Of a stretch of 64,000 bases of DNA, positions 28,279 to 37,612 are shown piece by piece. The position numbers and the translations under genes are program-made. Source of the DNA: Acidimicrobiia bacterium. Its GTDB lineage: Bacteria; Actinomycetota; Acidimicrobiia; Spongiisociales; ZC4RG35. Where the stretch lies: contig JACCTH010000036.1 in assembly GCA_013812505.1 (NCBI GenBank), forward strand, positions 39,957-103,956, written 5' to 3'. Each line of letters starts with the position of its first letter. Position 1 is the stretch's first letter. Under the pieces are notes generated by a model. That model was given only the letters and a program-made list of their open reading frames with translations. It searched no databases and had not been told where the DNA came from.

Positions 28279-29489
28279 TACTGGGTCCCGGCCGATCCGC
28301 GATCCGACAGGGGAAGGTCCCTGGCAAAGCGGTCGAGGCCGAACGGCGCGATGAGCTCGGGCATCTCGCCGGTGGCAATGAGTTGGGCCATCGCCTCACC
28401 TCCGGCAGGGATCGCTTTGAAGCCCCAGGTTCCCCAGCCGGTGGTGACGAGCAACCCTTCCCGACCCGTCGGTCCCATCACGGGTGAGTAGTCGGGAGTC
28501 ATGTCGCAGATCCCGGCCCATTGTCGAAGCACCCGAAGGTCGGCAAGAAACGGCAGCAAAGCCAAGGCTCGGCCCGCACACGACGAGAGGAAGCCGTAGC
28601 TCGATCGGTAGGAATAGGAAGGTTGGCGATCGATCTCAGCGCCGATCAGGATTTCGCCACGAGCGGTTTGGCTCGCGTAGAAGAGGAGCTCTGTAGAAGC
28701 GACGATCGCATCGAGACCGGGTTGGTAATGGTTGGTGACGAAGGCCTGCAAAGGGTGCGACCGAATCGGCAGACGCAACCCGGCCATCGACGCCACCATC
28801 GTCACCTGCCCGCCCAGAGCCATCATCACCACCCCGGCCGAAATGTCGCCGCGTTCGGTCTTGACTCCGGTGACCCGGTCTCCGCTCACCTTCAGGCCAG
28901 TGACAGTTGTGTTTTGGTGCACCTCGACCCCGTTCTGCATCGCCCCTTCGGCCAGCGCCCAGACCACCCGATCGTGCCGCGCGGTCGCGCCCCGCGGGTG
29001 ATACGAGGCGCCCATGACTGGGTATCTCCCGCCTCCCGCGAGGTCGATTTGCGGGCAGATCTCGTTGATCTCGTCCGGCCCGATGAAGACCGTCTCCGCG
29101 CCGTAGGCATGGTTGAGCGCGGCCCGGGCCCGTTCCGCCCGCAGCCCCATCTCGGTATGGGCAATCCACAACAGCCCCTTCTCCTTGTGCATGATCCAAC
29201 GACCCGTCTCCTCTTCGAGTCCTTGAAAGAGCTCGAGCGAGCGTTGGTAAAAGCGAATCGCTTCCGGCACGCCATAGTTCGCTCTGATGACCGTCGTGTT
29301 GCGACCCGAGTTCCCCGAGCCGATGTAGCCACGCTCGATTACCGCGACGTCTCGGATGCCATGGCGGGTGGCGAGGTAGTAAGCCGTGGCCAACCCATGT
29401 CCACCGCCACCCAGGATGACGACGTCGTACTCGGAACGAAGCCGGTCGGGCCAGGTCAATCGAACTCGACTCTCGACAAACTCGTTCAT
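28278..29489 (-). CDS. soxB: sarcosine oxidase subunit beta
   Basis: YDVVILGGGGHGLATAYYLA, NSGRNTTVIRANY, 403 aa. Confidence 0.9.
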   Translation of the reverse strand: MNEFVESRVRLTWPDRLRSEYDVVILGGGGHGLATAYYLATRHGIRDVAVIERGYIGSGNSGRNTTVIRANYGVPEAIRFYQRSLELFQGLEEETGRWIMHKEKGLLWIAHTEMGLRAERARAALNHAYGAETVFIGPDEINEICPQIDLAGGGRYPVMGASYHPRGATARHDRVVWALAEGAMQNGVEVHQNTTVTGLKVSGDRVTGVKTERGDISAGVVMMALGGQVTMVASMAGLRLPIRSHPLQAFVTNHYQPGLDAIVASTELLFYASQTARGEILIGAEIDRQPSYSYRSSYGFLSSCAGRALALLPFLADLRVLRQWAGICDMTPDYSPVMGPTGREGLLVTTGWGTWGFKAIPAGGEAMAQLIATGEMPELIAPFGLDRFARDLPLSDRGSAGTQ

Positions 29490-29848
29490 CTGAACCGTTC
29501 CTCGAACTCTGCGGCGTAGGCCGCGGCCACGATCACCAACGAACGATCACCGTCGATCCAAATCTTGGCCGGAAGCCCGGCCACCATTCCTTGGTTGAGC
29601 CCCGCGTGGATTTCGAAGGCGCAGAGCCTGACGAGCGCCTCTCGCAGCTGATCCTCGCCGAATCGCCAAGCCACCCAGCCCGAGTCCGGGACGACGATCG
29701 CGAAGGGGTCGTCGACCTGTACGTCACCTCCGATGACCAGGGCGTCGTCGAGCGCAAGCCGCATCAGCAACGTCCCCGGGCTCACACGGACGGCGTCGAG
29801 GGCGGCCGGTCGCGCTATGACCCGCGTGGCTTCGAGTGGTTCAAGCAC
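29486..29848 (-). CDS. soxG: probable sarcosine oxidase subunit gamma
   Basis: Small ORF wedged between soxA and soxB, with 4-nt and 8-nt overlaps. Weak family resemblance only. Start taken at GTG 29848. The track ORF extends to 29956, inside soxA. Confidence 0.5.
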   Translation of the reverse strand: MLEPLEATRVIARPAALDAVRVSPGTLLMRLALDDALVIGGDVQVDDPFAIVVPDSGWVAWRFGEDQLREALVRLCAFEIHAGLNQGMVAGLPAKIWIDGDRSLVIVAAAYAAEFEERFR

Positions 29849-31913
29849 GGGCGCGTGCTCCGTCGGGATCGTAAAAGGGATGCGAGGCGTGTCGAACCGG
29901 GCGACCGTCGCAGGAAATGCCCTCAGGTTCTGCTGGGTCGGAGCGCAGCCAGCCAAGCATCACCGTCTTGGCCAGCACCGGGCTGTATCGAGCCGAGGTG
30001 ACTTGACCGACGGGCGTTGCGACCTGCCAGAGGATCGCTCCTTCGATGGGTGCCGGTCCGTCCATCTCCCAGCCGAGGAGCCGTTTGTTGAGTGGCAACC
30101 GATTGGTACGCAACAGCGCCTGTTTGCCAACGAAGTCGGGTTTGCTCAGACGAGCTGCCCATTCCAGTCCTAGCCGGCGCGGGGTGGAGTCGTACTCGGA
30201 ATCCATGCCGACGATGAAGTGACCTTTCTCCAGTCGCAGGGTGAACAACGCATCGAGGCCGTGGGGATATGACCCGAGATCCGCGCCCGCCTCCTCCAGA
30301 CGACGCCAAAGCTCCACCGAATCGGAGAACGGGTGATGCAGCTCGAAGGAAACCTCACCGGTGAACGACAACCGCACGATGCGACACTCGACACCAAAGA
30401 CCGCTGCATCAACGTGCGCGAGATATGCGGGCGGTGAGTCGACACCCCCTCGTCGCAGCAATTCGCGAGCCAATGGTCCGGTCACGTTGATCGCGCCCAA
30501 CGACATCGTGCGATCGAGGATCCGAACGTCGAGATCGAAGGTCTCGGCCCAGTCGCGCACCCACATCTCGGCGAACGAGGCGCCACCCGAGGTGAAAGTG
30601 AGATAGAACCGGTGCTCGCTCAGCCGGCAAATTAACCCGTCATCGAGGACATATCCGCGCTCGTCAAGCAGGAGGGCGTAGCGCACCTGACCGTCCTTGA
30701 GATCTGCCACCCGGCACGGATAGAGCTTCTCCAATAGCGCCACCACATCCGGCCCTGAGATTTCCATCTTCCCGAGGGTGGACACGTCGCCCAACGAAAC
30801 CCTCTCACGCACCGACCAATACTCTGCTTCCGGATCCGGATAGCGCCAGGGTCGCCACCACGCGCCAAAGCGGTCCATGGTGGCGCCAAGGCGAAGGTGC
30901 TCATCGTGGAGCGCGGTTCGTCGAAAAGGAGGCAGGTCATAACCGGCGGCCACCTCACCTATCGTTGCCTGCCGGGTCAAGGGGCGGGCAGTGAATGGCG
31001 CCGGGGTCGAGACCCCTTTGGCCGCGAGGTATGAACGCAGATGAGGAAGGCAGACCCCGCCTTGACACGTACCGGTCCCGGCAAGAGTCGCCCTCTTGAG
31101 CAACTCCATCTCTCGAAATCCGCGATCCCACACCGCTTCGAGATCAGAAACGGTCACATCCGAGCAGGGGCAGACAACCCCCTCAGTGGGCGGCGGTGGG
31201 AGGGAGTCGGTTAGGGCAGCATCGCCAACCACCTCGACTTCCAGCCCCTGACCCATCCGAAGGAGACCCGATCGAGGATGAAGCCCGAGATCGACCACGA
31301 CCGTCGAGGCAGCGATCCGATCACCGGCGGCCGTGACGACTGCTTCCACTCGACCCGACCCCTCGAATCGCTGCGGCTGCTCGTCGATGGTGACGGCATC
31401 ACCCAAATCGATACCGGCGGCGCGGAGACTTTCAGCGGCGCGCTTGGTGAAGATCCCATCGAGCTCGGAACCAGGACAGATCGGTTGCTCCTCGGCGGCG
31501 CCGGTGGCGACGACCACCCGCGAGCACTGCACGCTCACCATCCCCGCCGGGGTCTTGGCGACGACGGTGGGACCGGCATAGAGGCCAATGGCCTCCTCTC
31601 CTCGATGCGCATCAAAGGAAATGACGGTGCCATCAGCGTCACGCGCCGCGGCCAGGCCGCTTTCTCCCTGGCCGACAACGACTACGTCGGCGAACGCGGT
31701 GCGAAGTTCGGTCTCGAGCGGTCGAGACTCGTCGGGCAGTCGGGGGGTGTCGGTTTGCCGTGCTACCTCAAGCGCGGGCCGAGCCGCGACTTGGCAGCTA
31801 CGCACATAGGCGACGCCATCGACCTCGACGACACAGTTGGGACAGTCGCCTCCGAGACAGATACAACCGCCGCCACGCGGATGGATCCCCTGTCGCAGGA
31901 GCGCCACCGCCAC
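29841..31913 (-). CDS. soxA: sarcosine oxidase subunit alpha (short form, 690 aa)
   Basis: Cys-rich N-terminus (GGGCICLGGDCPNCVVEVDG), a nucleotide-binding segment VVVVGQGESGL, and a C-terminal GcvT-like domain (FTLRLEKGH). About 250 aa shorter than the classical SoxA as I recall it. Confidence 0.8.
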   Translation of the reverse strand: MAVALLRQGIHPRGGGCICLGGDCPNCVVEVDGVAYVRSCQVAARPALEVARQTDTPRLPDESRPLETELRTAFADVVVVGQGESGLAAARDADGTVISFDAHRGEEAIGLYAGPTVVAKTPAGMVSVQCSRVVVATGAAEEQPICPGSELDGIFTKRAAESLRAAGIDLGDAVTIDEQPQRFEGSGRVEAVVTAAGDRIAASTVVVDLGLHPRSGLLRMGQGLEVEVVGDAALTDSLPPPPTEGVVCPCSDVTVSDLEAVWDRGFREMELLKRATLAGTGTCQGGVCLPHLRSYLAAKGVSTPAPFTARPLTRQATIGEVAAGYDLPPFRRTALHDEHLRLGATMDRFGAWWRPWRYPDPEAEYWSVRERVSLGDVSTLGKMEISGPDVVALLEKLYPCRVADLKDGQVRYALLLDERGYVLDDGLICRLSEHRFYLTFTSGGASFAEMWVRDWAETFDLDVRILDRTMSLGAINVTGPLARELLRRGGVDSPPAYLAHVDAAVFGVECRIVRLSFTGEVSFELHHPFSDSVELWRRLEEAGADLGSYPHGLDALFTLRLEKGHFIVGMDSEYDSTPRRLGLEWAARLSKPDFVGKQALLRTNRLPLNKRLLGWEMDGPAPIEGAILWQVATPVGQVTSARYSPVLAKTVMLGWLRSDPAEPEGISCDGRPVRHASHPFYDPDGARARA

Positions 31914-31960
31914 TGAGTCTCCTTCTTCAAAGGGGATCTGTCGGCCTCCGAAGAGAAAGT

Positions 31961-33040
31961 TCAGAACTCCACCACCGTCCGCGCCCCTTCGCCGTGTTGG
32001 AGCCGATCAAAGGCGTCGTTGATGCCTCCGAGATCGGTGCGATGCGAAATAGTTCGAGACAGGTCGAGCTCACCCTTGGCAACCAGCTCGGCCAACTCTG
32101 CAATCTCAGCGGCGGGATTGCCAGATCCGTAGAAGGAGCCGATCAAGCTTTTCTCGGAGGAGAAATCGATGGCCGAAATCTTGGCCGAGGTGCCGGCCGG
32201 TGCAATCCCGACGACGATGACGGCGCCGCCCGGAGCGGTGAGCCTCCAGGCATTTTCGATGGTCTCCGGCCGGCCCACGACTTCGAAAACACGGTCAAAC
32301 CCCGGAGTCACACTCTCCGGTGCCGAAAAGCTGGTGGCGCCCTGGGCGAGCGCCAATTCCGCTTTCTCGGGTACGGGATCGATAGCAACAATCTCGTCTG
32401 CCCCAGCCTTCGCCGCAGCGGCGATCACTTGGAGACCCACTCCTCCGCAACCGATCACCGCCACCCGATCGCCGGGCTGCACCCTTCCCGCGTTTCGCAC
32501 CGCACCGAAACCGGTGACCACCGCACAGCCCACCAACGCGGCTTCATCAAAAGCGAGGTTGGTTGGGATCTTTACGACTGAACGAGCAGAAACCACCGTC
32601 CTTTCCGCGAATGCACCGACGGCGAGAAATTGCTGAAGCGCGGTGCCGTCCGACCGCTGCATCCGGTGGGTGCCGTCGAGCATGGTTCCCGAAAAGGCGG
32701 CCTTCGAGCCCGGCTCACAAAGGTTGGATCGACCTCGGAGGCATTGCCGGCACTCGCCACACGACGGAAGAAAACAGAAGGAAATGCGGTCGCCGATGGC
32801 CAGCCCGTCAACTCCTTTTCCCAGCTTGGTCACCGTTCCGGAGCCTTCGTGGCCAAGGACTGTCGGGAACCGATGCAGCCCAAAGTGGCCAACGGCGAGG
32901 TGAAGGTCGGAGTGGCAAACCCCGGCGGCGGCCACCTCGACTTCGACCTCGCCTGGCTGCGGCGGAGCGAGCTCTACCTCTTCCTCGCGAGCGCGCTCAC
33001 CGGCACCGAGCCAAACCGCGGCTCTCATCCGACTCGCCAT
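31961..33040 (-). CDS. zinc-dependent alcohol dehydrogenase family oxidoreductase
   Basis: GHEGSGTV, structural-zinc Cys cluster CGECRQC, GCGGVG NAD fold. Confidence 0.8.
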   Translation of the reverse strand: MASRMRAAVWLGAGERAREEEVELAPPQPGEVEVEVAAAGVCHSDLHLAVGHFGLHRFPTVLGHEGSGTVTKLGKGVDGLAIGDRISFCFLPSCGECRQCLRGRSNLCEPGSKAAFSGTMLDGTHRMQRSDGTALQQFLAVGAFAERTVVSARSVVKIPTNLAFDEAALVGCAVVTGFGAVRNAGRVQPGDRVAVIGCGGVGLQVIAAAAKAGADEIVAIDPVPEKAELALAQGATSFSAPESVTPGFDRVFEVVGRPETIENAWRLTAPGGAVIVVGIAPAGTSAKISAIDFSSEKSLIGSFYGSGNPAAEIAELAELVAKGELDLSRTISHRTDLGGINDAFDRLQHGEGARTVVEF

Positions 33041-34125
33041 TTCTCGAGACCTTCGAAATCAGGTTCCATTCCGAGTCCGGCACCCGATGGGGCGGTGACA
33101 AAGCCGCTGTTCATTTCGAGCGGCTCAGAAAGCATGAAGTCTCTTCGGGCATATGTCCAGGCAGGGGGATCGTACGGGAACTCGAGGTAGGCGCCATTCG
33201 ACCAGGCCAGTGCCACGTGAAGGTTGGCGAGGAGACCGTAACCCGTCGACCACGTATGCGGCGACCATATGCGACCTTGCTCGCGCGCCCAACCGGCTAC
33301 GTCCCGGCACCCGTGCACTCCTCCTGCCAGAACAACATCGTTTTGGATGACATCTACGTGTTCGACCAACTGGCGGCTCGCGGAGAGGTCGCGCACCATC
33401 TCGCCCGCGGCGATCGGCAGCAGGTCGAACTCGCGCAAACCGCGATACCCGTCTAGGTCGGAGGTGGCGAGCGGCTCTTCCAGCCAAGAGACGTCGAGAT
33501 CGGCGAGGGCTCGGGCGCAGTCGGCCGCGATGCTCAGATCCCAAGCTGGAGTCGTATCCCCCGGCATGCGCCATCCTTGGTTGGCGTCGACCATCAGGTC
33601 GAAATCGGGACCTACCGCTTCCCGAGCCTTCTCGACCACGGGGAGGTCGGAGCGCCAATCCGCGGCATGAAACCTGATCTTGGCCGCGGTCACCCCCGCC
33701 TCCTTGCTGGCGATCAAGCGTTCCGCTCGCTCCTCGGCGCCGATTCGCTCGCCGGTCGACTGATAGACCTTGTAGGTGTCACTCTCGCCACCGAGCAGTT
33801 GCCACAGCGGTAGGTCGGCCGCCTTGGCGACAAGATCCCACACCGCGACCTCAACAGTCCAGTTGCGGCCTCCGTGAAAGTCAACGGAGGCGCAGATACT
33901 CCAAACCTTGTCGGTGTCGGTCGGGTCGACCCCGACGAGGAGACGCGCCAACAGGTCGAGATCCGGAACCTGGGCTCCCCCGCAAAATCCTCGGATTCCC
34001 TCGTCGGTCGTCACCACAACAATCGTTTCAGAAAATGCTCGCCGGGGTATGGGATCCCACGAAGCGCCAAACGGAGGTTCAAGGGGGACCCGGTATGAGC
34101 GCTCCTCCAATGAAGTGATCTTCAT
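33025..34125 (-). CDS. enolase-superfamily enzyme (mandelate racemase/muconate lactonizing enzyme family)
   Basis: MVDANQGW, WLEEP, and a GE...D metal-ligand pattern. 366 aa. Substrate unknown. Confidence 0.75.
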   Translation of the reverse strand: MKITSLEERSYRVPLEPPFGASWDPIPRRAFSETIVVVTTDEGIRGFCGGAQVPDLDLLARLLVGVDPTDTDKVWSICASVDFHGGRNWTVEVAVWDLVAKAADLPLWQLLGGESDTYKVYQSTGERIGAEERAERLIASKEAGVTAAKIRFHAADWRSDLPVVEKAREAVGPDFDLMVDANQGWRMPGDTTPAWDLSIAADCARALADLDVSWLEEPLATSDLDGYRGLREFDLLPIAAGEMVRDLSASRQLVEHVDVIQNDVVLAGGVHGCRDVAGWAREQGRIWSPHTWSTGYGLLANLHVALAWSNGAYLEFPYDPPAWTYARRDFMLSEPLEMNSGFVTAPSGAGLGMEPDFEGLEKWRVG

Positions 34126-34158
34126 TGGAGGCGTCTCATTCTCCTCGCAGGATCTGGT

Positions 34159-34800
34159 TCAGTGGGCCAGCGCCGTTTCGGTTGGACGCAGCTCCCTGAC
34201 TGCCTGCCACACCCGAGTCTTACGACGGAAGTCCCAATACTTGGTGCGATCGATCTCGAGGTCGGCGCCTCCCGGAAGCCCACCTGGCAGGACCCCGTTG
34301 TGGATCCGCACCGTTCGGTAGAAGATCGGCGACAACTCGCGCGCGGCACGGGCATGGGATTCGCTCGACCGCCAGCGCTCGCGTACCTCAGGCGCATCGT
34401 GAAGGATGAGATTCGCCCAGTTCCCGTCAGGGAGCTCCACCGACGAATAGCTCAGAATTCCAAGATGCTGACGAAACTCGAGCACAATTTCCGTATTCGC
34501 CTCCTCGAGCGGAGCACCATCGAGGTGGAGATGCCGCTGCCCGAAAAATCCCACCACGCAAACGTACGACGAGTCTTTGAGAACCTCGGGGCGAGTCACG
34601 ATGATTCGATGCCGACGTCCATCGACGTCCCACTCCTGGGGAACAAACGCGATGAGGTCGGAAGCGATCAGCTTGGCCATCCCGTAACGCAATTCCTCGA
34701 GCATCGTTCTCAATACATCCAGGTCGTGCGCATAGAGAGCGATCGATGTGAACGGGCGTCTCGGAACCGATTCTGTGGGGGATAGGACAATCGGTTCCAT
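34159..34800 (-). CDS. hypothetical protein (213 aa)
   Basis: Long ORF whose composition looks coding. No family recognised. Divergent from the PhnD-like/MttB pair, with only 40 bp between them. Confidence 0.5.
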   Translation of the reverse strand: MEPIVLSPTESVPRRPFTSIALYAHDLDVLRTMLEELRYGMAKLIASDLIAFVPQEWDVDGRRHRIIVTRPEVLKDSSYVCVVGFFGQRHLHLDGAPLEEANTEIVLEFRQHLGILSYSSVELPDGNWANLILHDAPEVRERWRSSESHARAARELSPIFYRTVRIHNGVLPGGLPGGADLEIDRTKYWDFRRKTRVWQAVRELRPTETALAH

Positions 34801-34840
34801 AGGTGGCGAATCTACTAGGCGATACCCTGCGATCTAGACC

Positions 34841-35497
34841 ATGAAGTTGACCTTCTCCGCTCGCCTCTCGCCGCCTCAGAACGAGCTGTTTCGTGGCAAG
34901 CTTGAGGCAACCGGGGTCGATCACAACTGGGTCGAGGACGACGAGCCCGACGTCGTGTACCTATGTGGCCTGCCCGCTTCCTATCTGCTCGATCGTTACA
35001 CGCCACTCGCGGCTCCGCTTCTGTCCGCAGAGCGATATCAGGGCAGGCCTTGGTATTTCGTCGATGTGATCGGTCGCCGCGGTGAAACCGCCGCTCACCG
35101 TTGGGCTTTCAACGAGAAGGCGTCGTTCTCCGGCTGGCTCGCGGTACAGCATGGGCTTTTGCGCGACGGACCTTTTCCTGAGGACATCTCCTGGGTGGAA
35201 ACTGGTTCCCATCTCGATTCGATCGAAGCGGTGAGAGGCGGGCGAGCCGATCGAGCCGGCATCGACTCGATCATCCTCGACCTCGCGCCGCACTTGCTCG
35301 GCAGGCTCGAAGTCGTCGCCACTTGGGGACCATGGCCGGCACCGCCGGTGATGGCGTCGCGTCGCCTCGGGCCCGACGTCATGAGCCAGCTCCGAGCAAG
35401 TCTTTCCAGCAACGAAGGTGGCCAATGGCTGTTGCTCGAAGAGGATCACCTCGCGCCGATCGTTGCGCTCTCCCCTGGCGGAAGCCGGCCTTCGTGA
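34841..35497 (+). CDS. PhnD-like periplasmic-binding-protein-fold protein without a signal peptide
   Basis: 218 aa. The pattern ...VVYLCGLP...WAFNEKASFSGW...VETGSHLDSIEAVRGGRADRAGIDS resembles phosphonate-type binding proteins. No hydrophobic N-terminus. Its TGA overlaps the GTG of the next gene. Confidence 0.5.
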   Translation: MKLTFSARLSPPQNELFRGKLEATGVDHNWVEDDEPDVVYLCGLPASYLLDRYTPLAAPLLSAERYQGRPWYFVDVIGRRGETAAHRWAFNEKASFSGWLAVQHGLLRDGPFPEDISWVETGSHLDSIEAVRGGRADRAGIDSIILDLAPHLLGRLEVVATWGPWPAPPVMASRRLGPDVMSQLRASLSSNEGGQWLLLEEDHLAPIVALSPGGSRPS

Positions 35498-37002
35498 GTA
35501 GACCCGGTTCTACCCGAGCCGAGCGACGCGCCCGTGGCGGACTCCACCAGCTTCCCTGGCGCAATCTCACCAATCCCTACGCACCGATCAAGGTGATCAG
35601 CGAGGATCAAGTCGAAGCGATTCACCAGGCTTCGCTTCGCATTCTGGCCGAGATCGGAATGGACTTCCTTCATCCCGAAGGGGTCTCCCTCTTGGCGGAG
35701 ACCGGTTGCGCGATCGAGGATCAGCGGGTGCGATTCGACCCCGATTGGGTGGTCGAGATCGTTGGCAAGGCCCCTGCCCGATTCACGCTTCATTCGCGCA
35801 ACCCCGACCGCAACTTCTCAATGGGTGACAACTCCATTTCGTTTGCGACCGTCGCCTCGGCTCCCAACAGCTCAGACTTTGATGGTGGGCGGCGAACCGG
35901 CAATTTCGCCGACTTCACCAACTTCGTCCGGCTTGGACAGCACTTCAACATCATCGGTCTCTTCGGCGGCTATCCGGTCGAGCCGATCGATCTCAGCCCG
36001 GCCACCCGACACCTCGACTGTCTCGCTGCCTATGTGACTCTCTCCGACAAGGTCTTTCACGCCTACTCGCTGGGCCGCGGCCGTATCCTCGATGCCCTTG
36101 AGCTCGTTCGGATCGGACGTGGCGTCAGTCGGGAAACGCTCTCGGAGGAGCCGTCGCTCTACACGGTCATCAACACCTCGTCGCCACTCCGACTCGACGG
36201 ACCAATGATCGAAGGTCTGATCGAGATGGCGCGGATGGGCCAGGTGGTGGTGGCAACGCCGTTCACGCTTTCCGGAGCCATGGCCCCGGCCACCATCAGC
36301 GGTGCCCTCGTCCAACAAAATGCAGAAGCGTTGGCCACGATCGCATTGGTGCAGACGGTGCGCCCCGGCGCGCCGGTGATGTATGGCGGATTCACCTCCA
36401 ACGTCGACATGAAGTCGGGGGCGCCGGCGTTTGGCACGCCCGAGTACACGAAGGCAGCTTTGGCCGGCGGCCAGCTCGCCCGTCGTTATCACCTGCCCTA
36501 TCGATCATCCAACGCATGCGCAGCCAACGCTGTCGACTCGCAGGCTGCCTACGAAGCCGAGATGTCGACCTGGGGGGCGGTGATGGGCCACGCCAACCTG
36601 GTCATGCACGCCGCCGGGTGGATGGAGGGTGGCCTCGTCGCCTCCTTCGAGAAGTTCATGATCGACGTCGAGATTTGCCAGATGATGTCCGAGTTTCTGC
36701 AGCCGCTCGAGATCGACGATGGAGCGATCGACGCGATCGCCGGCGTCGGGCCCGGCGGCCACTTCTTTGGATCGCCTCATACTCTCGAACGCTACGAAAC
36801 CGCTTTCTATGCACCCTTGATCTCGGACTGGCGCAACTTCGAAACCTGGCAGCAAGCCGGCGCGCCCACCGCCGCCGACCACGCCCACCGTCGCTGGCAG
36901 GAAGCCCTGGCCGAATATGTCGAACCGGAATTCGATGACACCCTCCGCGCCGAGCTCGACGACTTCGTCGGCCGTCGCAAATCCGAAGGCGGTGTCGGCT
37001 AG
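35494..37002 (+). CDS. MttB-superfamily (trimethylamine methyltransferase-like) protein, non-pyrrolysine type
   Basis: Start at GTG 35494 (VSRPGSTRAERRARGG...). Family-typical N-terminus ..LSEDQVEAIHQASLRILAEIGMDF and length about 500 aa. No in-frame TAG. Confidence 0.75.
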   Translation: MSRPGSTRAERRARGGLHQLPWRNLTNPYAPIKVISEDQVEAIHQASLRILAEIGMDFLHPEGVSLLAETGCAIEDQRVRFDPDWVVEIVGKAPARFTLHSRNPDRNFSMGDNSISFATVASAPNSSDFDGGRRTGNFADFTNFVRLGQHFNIIGLFGGYPVEPIDLSPATRHLDCLAAYVTLSDKVFHAYSLGRGRILDALELVRIGRGVSRETLSEEPSLYTVINTSSPLRLDGPMIEGLIEMARMGQVVVATPFTLSGAMAPATISGALVQQNAEALATIALVQTVRPGAPVMYGGFTSNVDMKSGAPAFGTPEYTKAALAGGQLARRYHLPYRSSNACAANAVDSQAAYEAEMSTWGAVMGHANLVMHAAGWMEGGLVASFEKFMIDVEICQMMSEFLQPLEIDDGAIDAIAGVGPGGHFFGSPHTLERYETAFYAPLISDWRNFETWQQAGAPTAADHAHRRWQEALAEYVEPEFDDTLRAELDDFVGRRKSEGGVG

Positions 37003-37424
37003 GCGTCGAACTCGGCATGCGCCGTGCTATCGAAGACTCGAAGCGGCTCAAAGTATTGGCGGTAGAAACCGCGATCTCTCGTGAGCAGCCGATCAGCTTG
37101 AACCAGGGCGTGTGCTCCGATGAGAAAATCGGCCAGGACTCGGCTCCGTGCACCACCCTCTGAGCGGTAGCCAGCCCAGATTCCGGCCGCAGTCTCGGCC
37201 GATTTTCTGTCGAGCGGGCTAAACGAAACCTGAATCCTGGCCATCGTCTTTCGCCCTTCGTCAAGGTTCGTGAACCACGCCAGAGTCTCCGCCCAAACGA
37301 CATCACACGCCACAACCGCCCCTTCTCCTCGGCATCTCTGGAGGGCTTTCGCGGAGGCGCGCCCGAACTGAGGGTCTGCACCAAAGACATCCAGCAAGAC
37401 CCTGGTGTCGACCGCGGTGATCAC
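36999..37424 (-). CDS. vapC: PIN-domain toxin (VapC)
   Basis: GTG start (ITAVDTRVLLDVF). Conserved acidic positions D..E..D of PIN. Its stop overlaps the MttB stop in a shared CTAG. Confidence 0.75.
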   Translation of the reverse strand: MITAVDTRVLLDVFGADPQFGRASAKALQRCRGEGAVVACDVVWAETLAWFTNLDEGRKTMARIQVSFSPLDRKSAETAAGIWAGYRSEGGARSRVLADFLIGAHALVQADRLLTRDRGFYRQYFEPLRVFDSTAHAEFDA

Positions 37425-37612
37425 ATTTCGGCCGGACCGCGGAGTTGCCTGATCAACTCATCAGTGGGAGCCGGGAGACGAATGATCCCGAAGACGTCAT
37501 CCACCGGGTCCACCGCGCTGACCTTGGTCGCGACCAGCCTGCCCTCCTCTTCGGCGAAATCGAGTATCTCGCCTGGCAGAATTCCCAGGCTGTCCCGTAT
37601 CTGAGCCCATTC
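37421..37612 (-). pseudogene. vapB: 5'-truncated AbrB/SpoVT-type antitoxin (vapB remnant)
   Basis: The frame reading ..EWAQIRDSLGILPGEILDFAEEEGRLVATKV...LRGPAEM* ends in ATGTGA, overlapping the vapC GTG. Upstream in that frame, a TAG (plus cta 37613..37615) lies inside repeat B copy 2. No ATG/GTG/TTG precedes the AbrB-like core. Confidence 0.55.

Noticed and set aside
35494-37002. Pyrrolysine (in-frame TAG) in the MttB-family gene
   Set aside because: The reading frame is uninterrupted from GTG 35494 to the TAG stop at 37000..37002, and no pyl genes are visible, so it is a non-Pyl member.
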